A stretch of DNA of 63,808 nucleotides from Octopus bimaculoides (Eukaryota). A program made the translations under genes and the position numbers. Below the pieces are notes generated by a model. The model did no database searches. It saw nothing but the letters and a program-made list of their open reading frames with translations, and was not told the DNA's origin. The stretch lies in the NCBI RefSeq assembly GCF_001194135.2, contig NC_068984.1:65740119-65803926 (forward strand), written 5' to 3'. The stretch's first letter is position 1. Each line of letters starts with the position of its first letter. Shown here piece by piece: positions 48,296 to 61,390 of the stretch.

Positions 48296-48988
48296 CAGCG
48301 CCGTCCTGCTTTTGATTAATGGTTGTAGTCATTTATATTCTGCAGCTCAGGTATCCACTTTATTGAAAGCTGTGAAATTTTGTTCTAATTGAAAAATAAC
48401 ATTTTCATGACTGTCGTCAGAAATTTCAACTCCGTCGCCCTCACTGACTTTAGACTCAGAGGCTAAAATAAGTACTTACTATCATCTACGTTAGCTAATA
48501 CATCACTTAACGATTATTCAAAAAGCAACAGTAATAATTCTTCGTCTCTGCATGAATCATTTGAATGATTAATAGAAATTAATGCTTATACTACTACCAA
48601 CTACAACTGAAATTAAAAGGAGTAAATATGCCATAGATTATGGAGATAAATGGCTAACATTCCTAAAGTAAATAACTAAAGTGCAGTATTTGTTAAACAA
48701 TGAATGTGAGTAATTGTACTTAGGTATACACTGATGTATAAATAATATATACTAACAGTGTCTATGATGTCACATAACTACAACAATATATTTGAAATAT
48801 ATTTACATAGTAGGTGCAGTGCAGGTGGACATAAGTACAGGTATGACTGTGTGATTGAAAAATTTGCTTTACACTCAGGTGGTTCTGAATTCAATATCAA
48901 TGTATAGAACATGAACTAATAGCTTATGAGTAGAATTGAATTTCATAAACAAAGGCTATGCAGGAATGCATCTTTTGTGTGCGCTTGT

Positions 48989-49036
<48 letters not shown>

Positions 49037-49154
49037 GCAGGCACGCATTTGTATATATGTGAGTGTATTTATATATTCATATATAAAAAACGAAAAAAGT
49101 AAAGTTCCTTCCTGAATCATAAGGACAGCTTCCTGTTTTCTGCGGCATATAAAT

Positions 49155-49310
49155 TCCCCACCTGGACAGGACACTGGTCTGTCACAGGGTTACTCATTTT
49201 TACCAGGTGAAATGAAGAGTTTTGACGCATAGTCCAGTCCAGGAGTTGAAAGAGCAATCTTATGATCATGAGTCCAACACCTTAACCACTAAGCCACATG
49301 CCTCCACTAC
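49155..49310 (-). mobile_element. SINE family B/C-like head fragment
   Basis: gggttactcatttttacc..caggagttgaa..gatcatgagtccaacaccttaaccactaagccacatgcctcc (A box tggcttagtgg on the minus strand). Confidence 0.6.
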
Positions 49311-49464
49311 AGACACATGTAAAATATGTAAATTAATGGAATGACAATATGACAAGGGAGAAGAAATTATGTAATCAACTCCATTAGCTTACAGCTGTTT
49401 GATCTATAAGAAGCAGTGCACTCAGAACTTAGTGCATTTGCATTACCTGATAGATTTCTCAGGG

Positions 49465-49655
49465 TGTTTTATATCTATCTTTAACTTGTTTCAGTCACTG
49501 GACAGTGGCTGTACTGGGGAACCACTTTAAAGAGTGAATTTGAACAAATTGTCCCCAGTGTTTATTTTTAAGCTTGGTACTGATTTTATCATCCTCTTTT
49601 GCTGGACCACTAAGCTTGAAACTAACACAGGCATACACACAAACACACATACATA

Positions 49656-49708
<53 letters not shown>

Positions 49709-49825
49709 AGAGTGAGAGAGAAAGAGAGAGAGACCTAGGGCTATAGAAGGAGACACGTGCCCAAAGTATGGAACTAAATCCAAGACTACATGGTGAGAAA
49801 CAAGCTTCCTCAGCCACACAATCCC
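49465..49825 (-). mobile_element. SINE family A, old full-length copy with an expanded internal (TA)n(GA)n
   Basis: Both halves are recognisable around the microsatellite at 49655-49735. Confidence 0.7.
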
Positions 49826-50336
49826 TGCTTCTATGTATGTATACATTCACACACACACACACACATACATGCACATGTAGGCATGAAGGTAGGCAGAGAG
49901 ATAGATAATTTATTTACTCAGAACCAGTTGTTTCTAACTCTAGAATTTTCCCAATGCATTATAGATTCCTCAGACAAGAATGTGTATGTATGTGTGCATG
50001 CATGTGTGCTGTATCTTTTTATGTCCTATAACTGAACAGGTTGAGGAACAGAGATTGATAAAATAAATCTCAGATTCATATAACCAACCAAGTACTTGAA
50101 GTGGTGCCCCAGCATCGTTGAAGCTCACTGACTGAAACCAATAAAAAATAATAGAATAGTGATTTTTTGAAATCCAATTTATGTATTACAATCTAATGGC
50201 ACAATTAAATGAATTGAAAATAATTTATGAGAATTGCATTGGATTTGATTCAAAGAAAATACTAAGTTTGATAATATAATACTTTCCCTTTTGATAAGCA
50301 ACAAATATTTATTACATATATACATATGAACTGATG

Positions 50337-50432
50337 AAAATAGACACATTCATAATTATCAAAGTAGACACATTCATAATTATCAAAATAGACACATTCA
50401 TAATTATCAAAATAGACACATTCATAATTATT
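50337..50432 (+). repeat. 24-bp minisatellite, 4 copies
   Basis: Unit aaaatagacacattcataattatc with one a>g variant; gives the (KIDTFIII)4 pseudo-ORF. Confidence 0.95.
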
Positions 50433-50990
50433 TTTGTTTCATCTTTTTATCTTTGCATATGTAAAAATACGTTTCTGCATAGATTGAATAAAGTGGATAT
50501 GGATATAGAAATACTATAATTCCTGAAAGAAAGTCAGAATGAACAGGAAACCGTTTAATCAAACTCTTGAACAAAGCCAACAAATTTACATTTTCCAGCT
50601 GGAGGTTTCTTGATATAGTTTCAGTTCAGTGTTTTGATAACATTTACACCAAGCCTATGATAATACTCTGAGCAATTACATAATCTAAACCGTTTCCAGA
50701 GCAATCAAATTTAATGCTATATATCAGGCTATATATGTTTTGATAGCATTTTAAATGAACAAAGGAAATATTTTTATAAATAATAAACTTAGTTTTCTAA
50801 AATAGGAACAAAAAGCATGAGTTTTCATACAGGGTGTGCTTCTGCATGTTAATCTCTTTCTTGCTTTCTCTATCTCTATCTCTCTCTTGGTTGCAGTGTG
50901 GTCATGAAGGCTGCTTTGCAATAACATTGTTGTAAACTTCAGTTCCATTGCATGGCACCATTTGAGTGAATATTTTGGATGGAAACTGCA

Positions 50991-50991
<1 letters not shown>

Positions 50992-51075
<84 letters not shown>
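50992..51075 (+). repeat. (GT)n microsatellite
   Basis: Direct reading. Confidence 0.98.
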
Positions 51076-51079
<4 letters not shown>

Positions 51080-51624
51080 CACATGTACACAGATATGTAT
51101 GAATGTTGATATTCCATACTTGATACTACTTGCATCACATGGTGATAATGATGTTAATTCTTATTCAACAAATAAGACCGGTTGCTTATAAATAAAGTCC
51201 TTTACTTGAAAAAACAGGTAAAGGTTGGCATCACAAAGAACATATGGCCATAGATGCTTGCCTCAAATAATTCCTTAACATATGCTAACATGGAATAACA
51301 AGCTTTAAAAAAATCGTCCTTTAACATCCATGTTACATGATGGCACGTGTTGGATAGTTTGACAGGATCTGACAGTTCTGAAGACTGCACATGCTCCAAT
51401 GTTACAAGAATATTTAATAGTTAGCCATCACAGTACACTTAGTGCCCCTACAACTTTTCTTTTAAATTACTCTTCACTTTTAGTTTCTGTACATTATTCT
51501 ATGTACTGTACATGCACTTTGAGGTTAATTCTATGAGAGCAGACAGCAACTTGTTGTCAAGGGTCTCACAGGGTCTCTTTCCATCATACTTAACACCCAA
51601 GTACCAATTATCATTATTATTATT

Positions 51625-52270
51625 GTTATTTAATTTTAATCTGCATGTTTGTTGTAATCACTTGCCAAAACACACCAAGTGTCCTAGAGCACGTGAAGGA
51701 TAAGGGATGTTAAAGTAAAACTGAAAGCTTGGGGAGTGAAAGTGGCAGGGGCACAAACATTTAAATTGATAGGATTTTTCTAAGGATGTGGATAGTACTT
51801 GTCACTACAATCATTTGGATTTCTCTAAGACATGGATCTCCTGTGATATTGTCTTGATGTTTCTGACATCCCTTTTCTAACATACCTAGGGCACAGTTTT
51901 TGCTTTAAGATGTCACGTCTTTTGTATTTCAATTTCCAGGTCCTTGTATTTACTAAGTTTGTCAAATTCCTTTACAGATATATTTTTATCAGTGTGAACA
52001 CTTACATCTATTAGTCTACAAGTATTTTCTCCCTTTTTTTTTTTTTAATAATTATGTCTGATCATTTAGCCTGGATCATTCTGTTAGTGTTGACTGGAAA
52101 ATCCCAGGAGATAGTCACATTTTTACCTTCAACGACTGGCTCAGGATGATGTTTGTACTAGTAAGCAGGAGTGCCAATGTTGTAGTGTTTACAGATTTTC
52201 CAATGTAATTACTGTCCTACCCTATCGTGATGATTTTTGTATTTGTTTGGTGTCAATACAGGACATCTCA
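51625..52270 (-). mobile_element. Second R4/Dong element (RLE domain plus 3'UTR), 5'-truncated, flanked by (AAT)n on both sides
   Basis: CPVLTPNKYKNHHDRVGQ*LHWKICKHY..EPVVEGKNVTISWDF..(R)SDIII..CRLIDVSV..KEFDKLSKYKDLEIEI..LREIQMIVVTSTIHILRKILSI*. (ATT)n at 51607-51630 and 52271-52302. Confidence 0.88.
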
Positions 52271-52769
52271 TATTATTATTATTATCATTATTATTATTAT
52301 TACAACAATTCACAAAGGAGAAAACAGAGCTCAAGCAAGTAATTAAATCAACTACGAACCAAGGGAAAACAAATGATGGACTGTGTCAGCATATAATACC
52401 AAATAAAAGTTTATAATGAGGAATAAGTTAGCTGTGAAGAACAGGAGAAATCAGAAATTCTGAGCATTACCTTTCAATGGGGGAAGTAAATTAACCTTAA
52501 ACCACCCATCTCTGATACCTTACAAGTATTTAAAATGCTGGAAGGAAAAGACTGCATGAAAATTAATTACCTAGAAAACCATAACTTCCTTAGTTGTATT
52601 CAATATAGTGTTTGTAAAGACTATTTAACCCTCTTAATATCAACCCCACTGAGACTCTCTCTAGTTTTAATGAAACAAAACTGTCTTTTTTAAAAATATT
52701 TCTAGTAAAATTAAAACATCACAGTTTTATACAAGAACATTTTGTTATGTTACAAACATCATCTTAATA

Positions 52770-52972
52770 ACGGTTTCAAATTTTGGTACGAGGTCAACAA
52801 TTTCGAGAGAGTAGGGTAAGTCAATTGCATCAGTCCCAGTGCTTAACTGGCACTTATTTTATCAACCCTGAAAGGATGAAAGGCAAAATCAACCTCAGTG
52901 GAATTTGAACTCAGAATGTAAAGACAGACAAAAAGCCACTAAGCATGCTAACAATTCAGCCAGCTTGCTACC
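52770..52972 (-). mobile_element. SINE family C copy (CpG-decayed)
   Basis: caaccctgaaaggatgaaaggcaaaatcaacctcagtggaatttgaactcagaatgtaaagacagac. Confidence 0.82.
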
Positions 52973-53192
52973 TTAAACACCTTCTTCATAATAAAAATAA
53001 AGATGTTAGTTATTTTACTGACTTTCTTCAAATTGTTGATTATTTTTAAAATCAAATGACAAAACAGAGGCAGTGTATTTAATAAGAAACCTAATAACGA
53101 AAGGGTTAACACAGCTCTTTAAATTTCATAAAAACATATCTGTCTCTTTTGACAGTTGCAAACAATGATGACATAAACTTAGGCATTGTCAA

Positions 53193-53388
53193 NNNNNNNN
53201 NNNNNNNNNNNNNNNNNNNNNNNNNNNNNNNNNNNNNNNNNNNNNNNNNNNNNNNNNNNNNNNNNNNNNNNNNNNNNNNNNNNNNNNNNNNNNNNNNNNN
53301 NNNNNNNNNNNNNNNNNNNNNNNNNNNNNNNNNNNNNNNNNNNNNNNNNNNNNNNNNNNNNNNNNNNNNNNNNNNNNNNNNNNNNNNN
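53193..53388. other. Assembly gap with duplicated flanks
   Basis: 53086-53192 is repeated at 53389-53491 with one 4-bp indel. Confidence 0.95.
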
Positions 53389-54319
53389 GAAACCTAATAA
53401 CGAAAGGGTTAACACAGCTCTTTAAATTTCATAAAAACATGTCTCTTTTGACAGTTGCAAACAATGATGACATAAACTTAGGCATTGTCAAATGTTCAGA
53501 CAAATCGTGCAAAATGAAAGATCTTGCTTTTCAGTACAAACTGCAGTTTGGCTTTCTGACTTCCTGAAGAAGAGTAAATAAATGATTACTACTAATGGTA
53601 TACTATCAGGGAAAACTCTTGTAATTAGTGTAATCCCACAAGGTATTATTCTTACATGTCTTATCATGCTAAATGCTTGTTTCAGTTCTTCCCACATATA
53701 TACATGTACGTACTATTATATAGATATAGATAAATACGTTTGCATAGAACATTCTGCTGTTCCTATATGTATGGTGTTATAATATGTGGCTCTATTCAGT
53801 ATCATAACTGCAATTTAGTATCATAACAGTATACAGGGACAGTACTGTTACATATTTTAATATGTTGCCTTACATGAAAGTGGAACTTCAACATGGCTTG
53901 ATGTGCAATGACTAAAACAAACTAAATAAATAAACTAAAATACTTATTATTACCTTTAAAATTTTCCCATATTTATAGATATAAGTTTAGATAGTCAGCA
54001 ACTAACACAGATAGTTTCATATCTTTCCCATTCTCTTCCACTCTCTCACACACAGGCACAAATACACACACATTTATCTATTTATTTATTTATTCAAGAA
54101 ATCAGAAAGATTTACAGTTTAATAAAAGCTTGAAGTCATAAATTTGATATTATTCTATATATTATATATATATATGTAAGTAAGACACATAGACACACAT
54201 ACAGTGACCATATGATATCTAAAGAATAAAATTGAAAGGGAAATGATCATACAACTTTTGTTTACCAGACAAGTATATTAGTTATTACATAGAGAGAGCA
54301 TCAACTTGCACCACTCATT

Positions 54320-54620
54320 CATAGATTCACCTCTGGCAACACATACATACACATGCATAAATGTGTTTGTGCATGTATACACATACATTTATACACACAC
54401 ACATACATATACATACAACGCACATACAAACACATGTACAGGCAGACAGATACACACACACATACATTTAAACACATACACACGCACATATACATACAAC
54501 ATACATACATACAAACATGTACAGGCAGATAGACACACACACATACATTTACACACACACATGCATGTATGTATGTATGTATGTATGTATGTATGCATGA
54601 ATGTATGTACACATATATAC
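54320..54620. repeat. Compound (CA)n/(CATA)n tract with an internal duplicated block
   Basis: catgtacaggcaga(c/t)aga(t/c)acacacacacatacattta occurs twice. Confidence 0.9.
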
Positions 54621-55020
54621 ATATTACAGCTTAGTTGTTTCAGGTAAATTTTCATCTGTGGAAGTTTATTTGCATCCTAACAGTGCAACTGAAGTGATGA
54701 GACATAAATATGTAATTGATTTTTCGATGCTCATTCAAGCAAAGCATTATTATTTGAAGAAAAGTCAAGTGTAGACTTTCTGTCTAGTGTTATTTAAAGA
54801 AATATATCCCAAACAAATTTGCATGTGTTAAGATTTTCTTTTACATGCTTGAAGGTTTTGTGGATGTCATTAAACAAAAATGGTTCATTTTAATTAATGA
54901 TGTTAGATAGATATATTTTGTTACAAATTAAATTTTCTTCTACACTCATGACATAAAAGTCTGTGCCAGTTTGGAGTGAAAATTAAATACTATTTAGAAT
55001 TGTAGTTAAGATTTTAAATA

Positions 55021-55432
55021 GGCGCAGGAGTGGCTGTGTGGTAAGTAGCTTGCTTACCAACCACATGGTTCCGGGTTCAGTCCCACTGCGTGGCATCTTT
55101 GGCAAGTGTCTTCTACTATAGCCTCAGGCCGACCAAAGCTTTGTGAGTGGATTTGGTAGACAGAAACTGAAAGAAGCTCGTCGTATATATGTATATATAA
55201 ATATATATGTGTGTGTGTGTGTTTGTGTGTCTGTGCTTGTCCCCCTAGCATTGCTTGACAAGTGATGCTGGTGTGTTTATGTCCCTGTTACTTAGCGGTT
55301 TGGCAAAAGAGACTGATAGGATAAGTACTAGGCTTACAAAGAATAAGTCCCGGGGTCGATTTGCTCGACTAAAGGTGGTGCTCCAGCATGTTCGCAGTCA
55401 AATGACTGAAACAAGTAAAAGAGTTAAAAGAG
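55021..55432 (+). mobile_element. SINE family A, full length
   Basis: tRNA-like head (A box tggctgtgtgg, B-like gggttcagtccc), body, internal (TA)(TG) spacer and 3' half ending in a gtaaaagag tail. Confidence 0.92.
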
Positions 55433-55718
55433 TTATTGAATAGAATAAATGCTGCATACTTTGAAATGACACCTATAATTAATATTATTAGTATTTTCTT
55501 TGGCTCATAGTGAGATAGGAGGATTATCTACAGATGTATTTTTCTGGAAAACATCAAAATAGTTGCAGGTTACCCAAGGGAATACTAGCTGTCATCTTTA
55601 GCTACTTGAGAGTCCAGATAGAGGCTTATTGTCTCACAAGATGAAAACAAGGAGCTCGCATACTAATAACAATTTGTCTTTATATCTGTATGGATATGTG
55701 TGCAAGCGTACACATATA

Positions 55719-55933
55719 CAGGGGGTACTAAAAAGTTTCTGGTTTTAAGGGTACACTGAAAGGCCTGGTTGGAGGCCCAACTTTCCGAGTTCTTTTACAG
55801 GGCTTAGAAAAACTGAAGGACTATTGCAATAAGTGTGTGAATCTGAGAGGGCAATATGTTAAATAAAATCATAATTAACTGAGCCTCCTGTATTTTCTTT
55901 TACCCAAAGCCAGGAATTTTAAGGCACCCTCGC
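55719..55933 (+). mobile_element. mariner-derived MITE
   Basis: TA followed by cagggggtactaaaaagtttctgg, ending in ccaggaattttaaggcaccctcg (degenerate TIRs). Internal tgcaataagtgtgtgaatctgagagggcaatatgtt corresponds to the mariner C-terminus (..NKCVNLRG.YV). Confidence 0.75.
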
Positions 55934-56009
55934 ATACATGTCGACATATGTGCACATGCACACACTCACATGCATGCACACAAATATATTTTTTTCTACT
56001 CTGAGCATA

Positions 56010-56140
56010 CTGCCTGAAATTTTGGGGGAGGGGCCAGTTGATTAGATTGACCCCTGTATTCAACTGGTACTTAATTTATTAACCCCGAAAGGATGACAGG
56101 CAAAGCTGACCTCAATGGAATTTGAACTCAGAATGTAAAG
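56010..56140 (-). mobile_element. SINE family C copy
   Basis: gacccctgtattcaactggtacttaatttattaaccccgaaaggatgacaggcaaagctgacctcaatggaatttgaactcagaatgtaaagac. Confidence 0.8.
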
Positions 56141-58137
56141 ACATATATATATGCACACATATATATATAGAAATTGGTATGTGAGGTTCGAAATGTGAGA
56201 CACATTGAAGAAGACTAAAGGGAGAGAAACAGGTACATCAGGTTGACACATCATGAGTTCAGGAAGCAAGGAACTTTTGACCATGTAGGTCAAGGTGGCA
56301 AATCTGTTTGAGTGTGTGTGTACCGAGATTGGTGATAATCTGTTTCAGAAAATTCTCTCATACATCTATGGGAATTCTTGAGCAGCAGATTATCATTTCT
56401 ATTATACTTGTATTGTTCAAAGTATTTAACAGAGAAAGAGAACAAAATGCTTGGTAGCATTCTCAAAGAAATCTGCTTAGACAATCAATAACTTCTGAAT
56501 TACTTGAATGGGACAGCTTTAGGAATTACATGCTTTATTTATAAGAAATAATTCACAAAAAGCATAATTAATGAATAAATAGCAATGATAATGGAGCTTT
56601 TCTAAGATAAAGGTAAAATCTTGATACATATGCATATTTATTGTTTTACTATTAGCAAAAATATAAAAGAGAAATTGAAATAAATGGAAGTGTTTTAAGA
56701 AGTATGTTTAAACAATTATTAATATCAAGTTTTAAAAAGACAATTGAAAAATAACAATTTATGAAAGCATTGTACTTTATGGGCAACATAAAAATAATTA
56801 ATATTAATGTTTTTAAACAAGACAATAGAAGAAAAAACATTGTTATAAACTATAGAGTACCTCAGCAATATGAAACATGAAATTTTCAATAGAAGCAAAA
56901 TGTGAAAATGAAACAAACAAAAAATGATAAATGAAAGGAAAATAAAATTTCAGTGAGGCCTCTATTACTGTGCCACCAATGACAGTCATTTTACATTAAG
57001 ATTATGTTTGGTTGTTCTGAGAACTCTTCATGCAGCATGGGTTTCATCAGTAAGGCATCGCCTATAGTTAGGCTTAACAAAGAGCATCACTGAAAACCCT
57101 TCGATATGAGTATATTGATGAAAATACTGGTAAATTGCTACTGCAAGATTTTTCTGATAAGTTCTGGTTTCAAAAATGGAATTTCAGAATTTCAGAATCA
57201 TGTTTTGCATGATTTTTGGTACTGTCTTTTACAATGCTTTTTAATTAAGCTTTCACGAATACACACTTGCTGCCTCAATAAGACAATTACTTGTTAATAA
57301 AGAACATTTATTTAATTTTTTTATCATTTCCTTTTGTTTTATTTGGAGCAGTGAATAACTAAGCTATTACATCTACATCTAAGAATATATCTAACAGACC
57401 GAAAGTTATTGATTTTTTTCTTTATAAAATCTCTAACAAAAACTTATATTTACCGTGTAACAATAAAGTGTTTATACAAGTCACTTTGGGCACACATACC
57501 ACAGGTTCCCTCATCGCTGATAAAGGCAAATCAATTTGTTACATATAATGTAGTAAACAGTATGCTCTCAGCGAAGTGTCTGCTTGCGTTATGCCACTAA
57601 GGCATTTGGTAAACACATTGACAGCAAGAAAATCCTATTTTACACTTTAGTAAATTGAAGACTTTGAGACAAAATACATATCAGTGTAGCTTCACTGGAT
57701 TTTTCTTGAGAACATTTAGGTGTAAAATTAAATATACTTGTAATTAGCATTACCAAATTTGGAAATATTAACTGAAGTTACCTGCACTATATTCTTGAGT
57801 TTTATAAAAAAAAATGCCAACTAGCATTTTTATTAAACAATCGTTGCTGGTGTCAATTTTGATAGGCATTGACAGAAAAAAGATGACGATTTTCGGCTTT
57901 CGTGCCTAAATATCAAAAAGAATATTCTTGAAGTTAAGTAAATCTTTATAATCTCTGAAATCTGATTTTCTTAAGGGGCCTTCTTTGTTGTAAGCAAAGG
58001 GTATTTATTTATCTTTAACTTCGGTTCAACAATGCCTCTCTACATTCTCAACTTTCTTCTCGAAGTGATTCCGCTTCTTGCAGCAAAAAGTTATCTGGCC
58101 CCAGCCTCACATAACCAAAGTATATTTCATCTCTTAA

Positions 58138-58180
<43 letters not shown>

Positions 58181-60574
58181 TCTCTGTGTCTCTCTCTCAA
58201 AATTTCCACTGTCTTTCATTTCGCACATATTTAAACATACATAACAAATTCTAAATTATATATATATCATTACTTAGCATTATTAAAATCATTGTTGAAG
58301 ATATTTCCTTTTCCTCAACTTGTCCTCACATTTTCCTCATCAGTATTCAAATACATACCAACCACTAAAAGTTGGCAACCCCTGACTCATAGCACAATGT
58401 ACTAAAGATGTAATCTATGAAAAGTACATGCATTTTATATTAAAAGCTAAACATGAAATGAAATTGTTAAGCTGTCAGCATTAAAATGGTTAGTTATAGT
58501 TTGAAAAGATTTGTAGCATCATTTAAAAATAAAATTGATATTCCATTGTCCATAAATAATCAACTTTTATCTACTTTAAATAATACCCCAGTGTTGTCAT
58601 GACAAATCAGAATCGTGAGATGTCAGAAAAACAAAAATTACATCAGATGTTATTAGGCTACATCTTGTAGAATAAATCTTTTTTTTTTTACTTCATTTAT
58701 TTTTTTTTTCTGGGCAACTTTCTCTGATAAAGGAGCAATTTGTTGAATAATGTGTGTTAGACAGATACATAGAAGAATCTTTAACTAAGTCTATCAAACT
58801 GAGATAACCTTATGATCCACCATTTTAAAACATGCAAGTAATTTATCCAGTTCAAATCGAAATGGATGCTATCTTTATTTTTGTTTTAATTTAAAGAAAA
58901 TTCAAATTGTTTTATGTCAAGCTGTTAGTGAAATGGTACTTCATTTGCAAACATTAGCACAAATCAATATTAACTGAAAGTAATGGATAAATAAAATGAA
59001 CTAAATGGTGTTAGTGGAGGTGAAGTTGGAAGCTGTGTAGGTGCTACTTTATAAAAAAATTGAAGATTTATCAGAGAAGGTGAAAAAAACAAAAGTTGAA
59101 GAAACTAAACACTAAGCAACAAGTGTTAAAAGCAGTATGTCTGTATATAACATGTTGGTGGAAAAAAAAAAACCTGATTTCTTTGTTTGGGGAATCCTAC
59201 TAAAATATACACTGAAAATGTCTCATAATATCCATTACTTAGATAGAATCTTAAAACAACTAGTGTATAGAAGATAACTATTATTCACTGATGTAAATTG
59301 ATTAGTAGTCTCTTATGTGCAGAATTCATAAAACTGAAAATTTATATCAATATTATCCTTTTTTTTTTTTTTTTTTGTCAAGATTCTGCTGTGCATTGGT
59401 TAGATAGAGCTTCAAAATGGCTGCTCTCCAAATTTTTTCTTTTTTTTTTTATACCTTGTTCTTAGAGTTCTTTCTATTAGTCTGTACATTTGATAAGTAT
59501 ATTATATTAAAATACTTTTATTGATGGAAAAATTAATTATTCAACTGCAAACCTAGCATACTCAATAATACCATTAGCAAAAGGAACTCAAAAGAAATTT
59601 GATAATAAATATCATTTCCAGCAACACTTTATGTTATCTTGTTGTTATCTTTATTCCTACTGTATTTCAATAGTGCAATCATAAATTCTACACTAATAAT
59701 CTATAAAGAATACACTGACATAAGGAGTTTTAACTCAATTCTGGTCATAAAAGTTAGAATAAAAGACAATGTGTGTGAATATGAATATGTAGTTTATATG
59801 AACTTATGTTCACACATAACAGTGCAGCTCTTCCTACAAAGACAAGTGTAGTTGTTTGAGCAACTGAACTAACCTATTCACTGTGTTAGACTGGAAGGGG
59901 CTAAGTATTTCACAGGCACTTGTAAGCTTCAAGTAATTCTCAGACAGAACCAGCATGACTCAAGGTGTAACAAAATTAGGACAGTATAGATGGAGTTCAT
60001 CCAAAAAGCTATCACATCAGATTCAATCTGCCTGATTTTACTAACAAGGTATGTGTTGACTCAAGACCATACTGAAAGATGTAATGCAATACATATATAT
60101 ACACATATGATATATTTAACCGCATGTGTGTATGTGTGTGTGTGTGTGTGTGTGTGTTGTGGTGTAAATGTTAAGAAAAATACAAAAAAATTAAGTAAAA
60201 AAATGAACAGAGCTGGTATTAGTTTGATGCTCAGGAAATAGTGCTAATATAAGAAAATGTCTTTAAGCATTTCAAGTATTCACTCTTCTTCTAAAATGTA
60301 GGATAAACCTGGAGAGAATAGAACTGAGAAGGGAAATTGGAGAAATTGAACAGCACATGTTTGCAACTGTCACGGCATGGTGAATAACTGGAAGTAGTAA
60401 AGAGGTTACTTTAAGCATGAGTGGCAAGAATGACTAAATGCATTTATAATTGTATGCACACATTTCTGCCAGATCACATCATCACAGAGTGATGCTGATG
60501 AAGTTCTCTATCTTCCAAAATTTCACCCAGATTTGTTATGTCCCTCCATACTCTTCCAACTAGACTTTAATAAT

Positions 60575-61390
60575 CGCCATCATCATTTAACGTCTGTTGT
60601 ACATGCTGGCATGAATGAGTTGGACAATTTGACTGGGCTGACACGCTGGAAGGCTGCACCAGACTCCAGTCTGATTTGGTACAGTTTTCTATGGCTGGAT
60701 GCCCTTCCTAATGCCAACTACTCTGAGTGTGTAATGCCAACTACTCTGAGCATGACACCAGATTGCGTTTGCATGCCACCGGCATGGGTGCCAATTTGTG
60801 TGACACTGGTACCTACCACAACTGCAATTTTGCTCAGCTTGATGGGTCTTCTGAAGCACGCCATAATGCCAAGGGTCTTGGTCATTGCCTCCATGAGGCC
60901 CAACACTCAAAAGGAACTCAGCTACCTTGCCTCCATGAAACCTAACACTTGAAAAAAACTCAGCCACTTTGCCTCTGTGAGGCCCAGCGCTCAAAAGGAA
61001 CTCAGCCACTTTGCCTCCGTGAGGTCCAATGTTCAAAAGATGTTCTTCACATGCCACCAGCTTGACGGGTCCTCTCAAGCACAGCACATTGCCAAAGGTA
61101 TTGGTCACTAGTCATTGCCACTGTGAGGCTCAAAGTTCGAAAATCATGCTTCACCACCTCCTCCCATGTCTTCCTGGGTCTACCTCTACCACAGGTTCCC
61201 TCCACAGTTAAAGATCAGCACTTCTTTATACAATTGTCCTCATCCATACACATCACATGACCATACCAGCACAGTCGTCTCTCTTGCACACCACATCTGA
61301 TTCTTCTTATGCCTAACTTTTTTTCTCAAGATGCTTACACTCTGTAAAACATGCATATCCAGTTTGCTGAAACAGGGACATCGTGAGAAA
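60575..61390 (-). mobile_element. RTE LINE 3' end with tandem-repeat 3'UTR and (GAT)n tail
   Basis: LRKKLGIRRIRCGVQERRLCWYGHVMCMDEDNCIKKC*SLTVEGTCGRGRPRKTWEEVVKHDFRTL; 42-bp repeat, about 4 copies, at 60885-61040. Confidence 0.9.

Noticed and set aside
50337-50432. Regularly spaced repeats (also 60885-61040) as a CRISPR-like array
   Set aside because: Head-to-tail units without unique spacers, in a eukaryotic context, with no cas genes.
53086-53491. About 105-bp direct repeat flanking a gap (LTR-like or TSD-like)
   Set aside because: Near-identical copies with one 4-bp indel ending exactly at the gap edges; typical uncollapsed haplotype overlap in scaffolding.
60533-61108. Two overlapping 139-aa ORFs, one with GPHGGKVAEFLLS repeats
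   Set aside because: By-products of the GC-rich RTE 3'UTR and its 42-bp repeat; no protein family resemblance.
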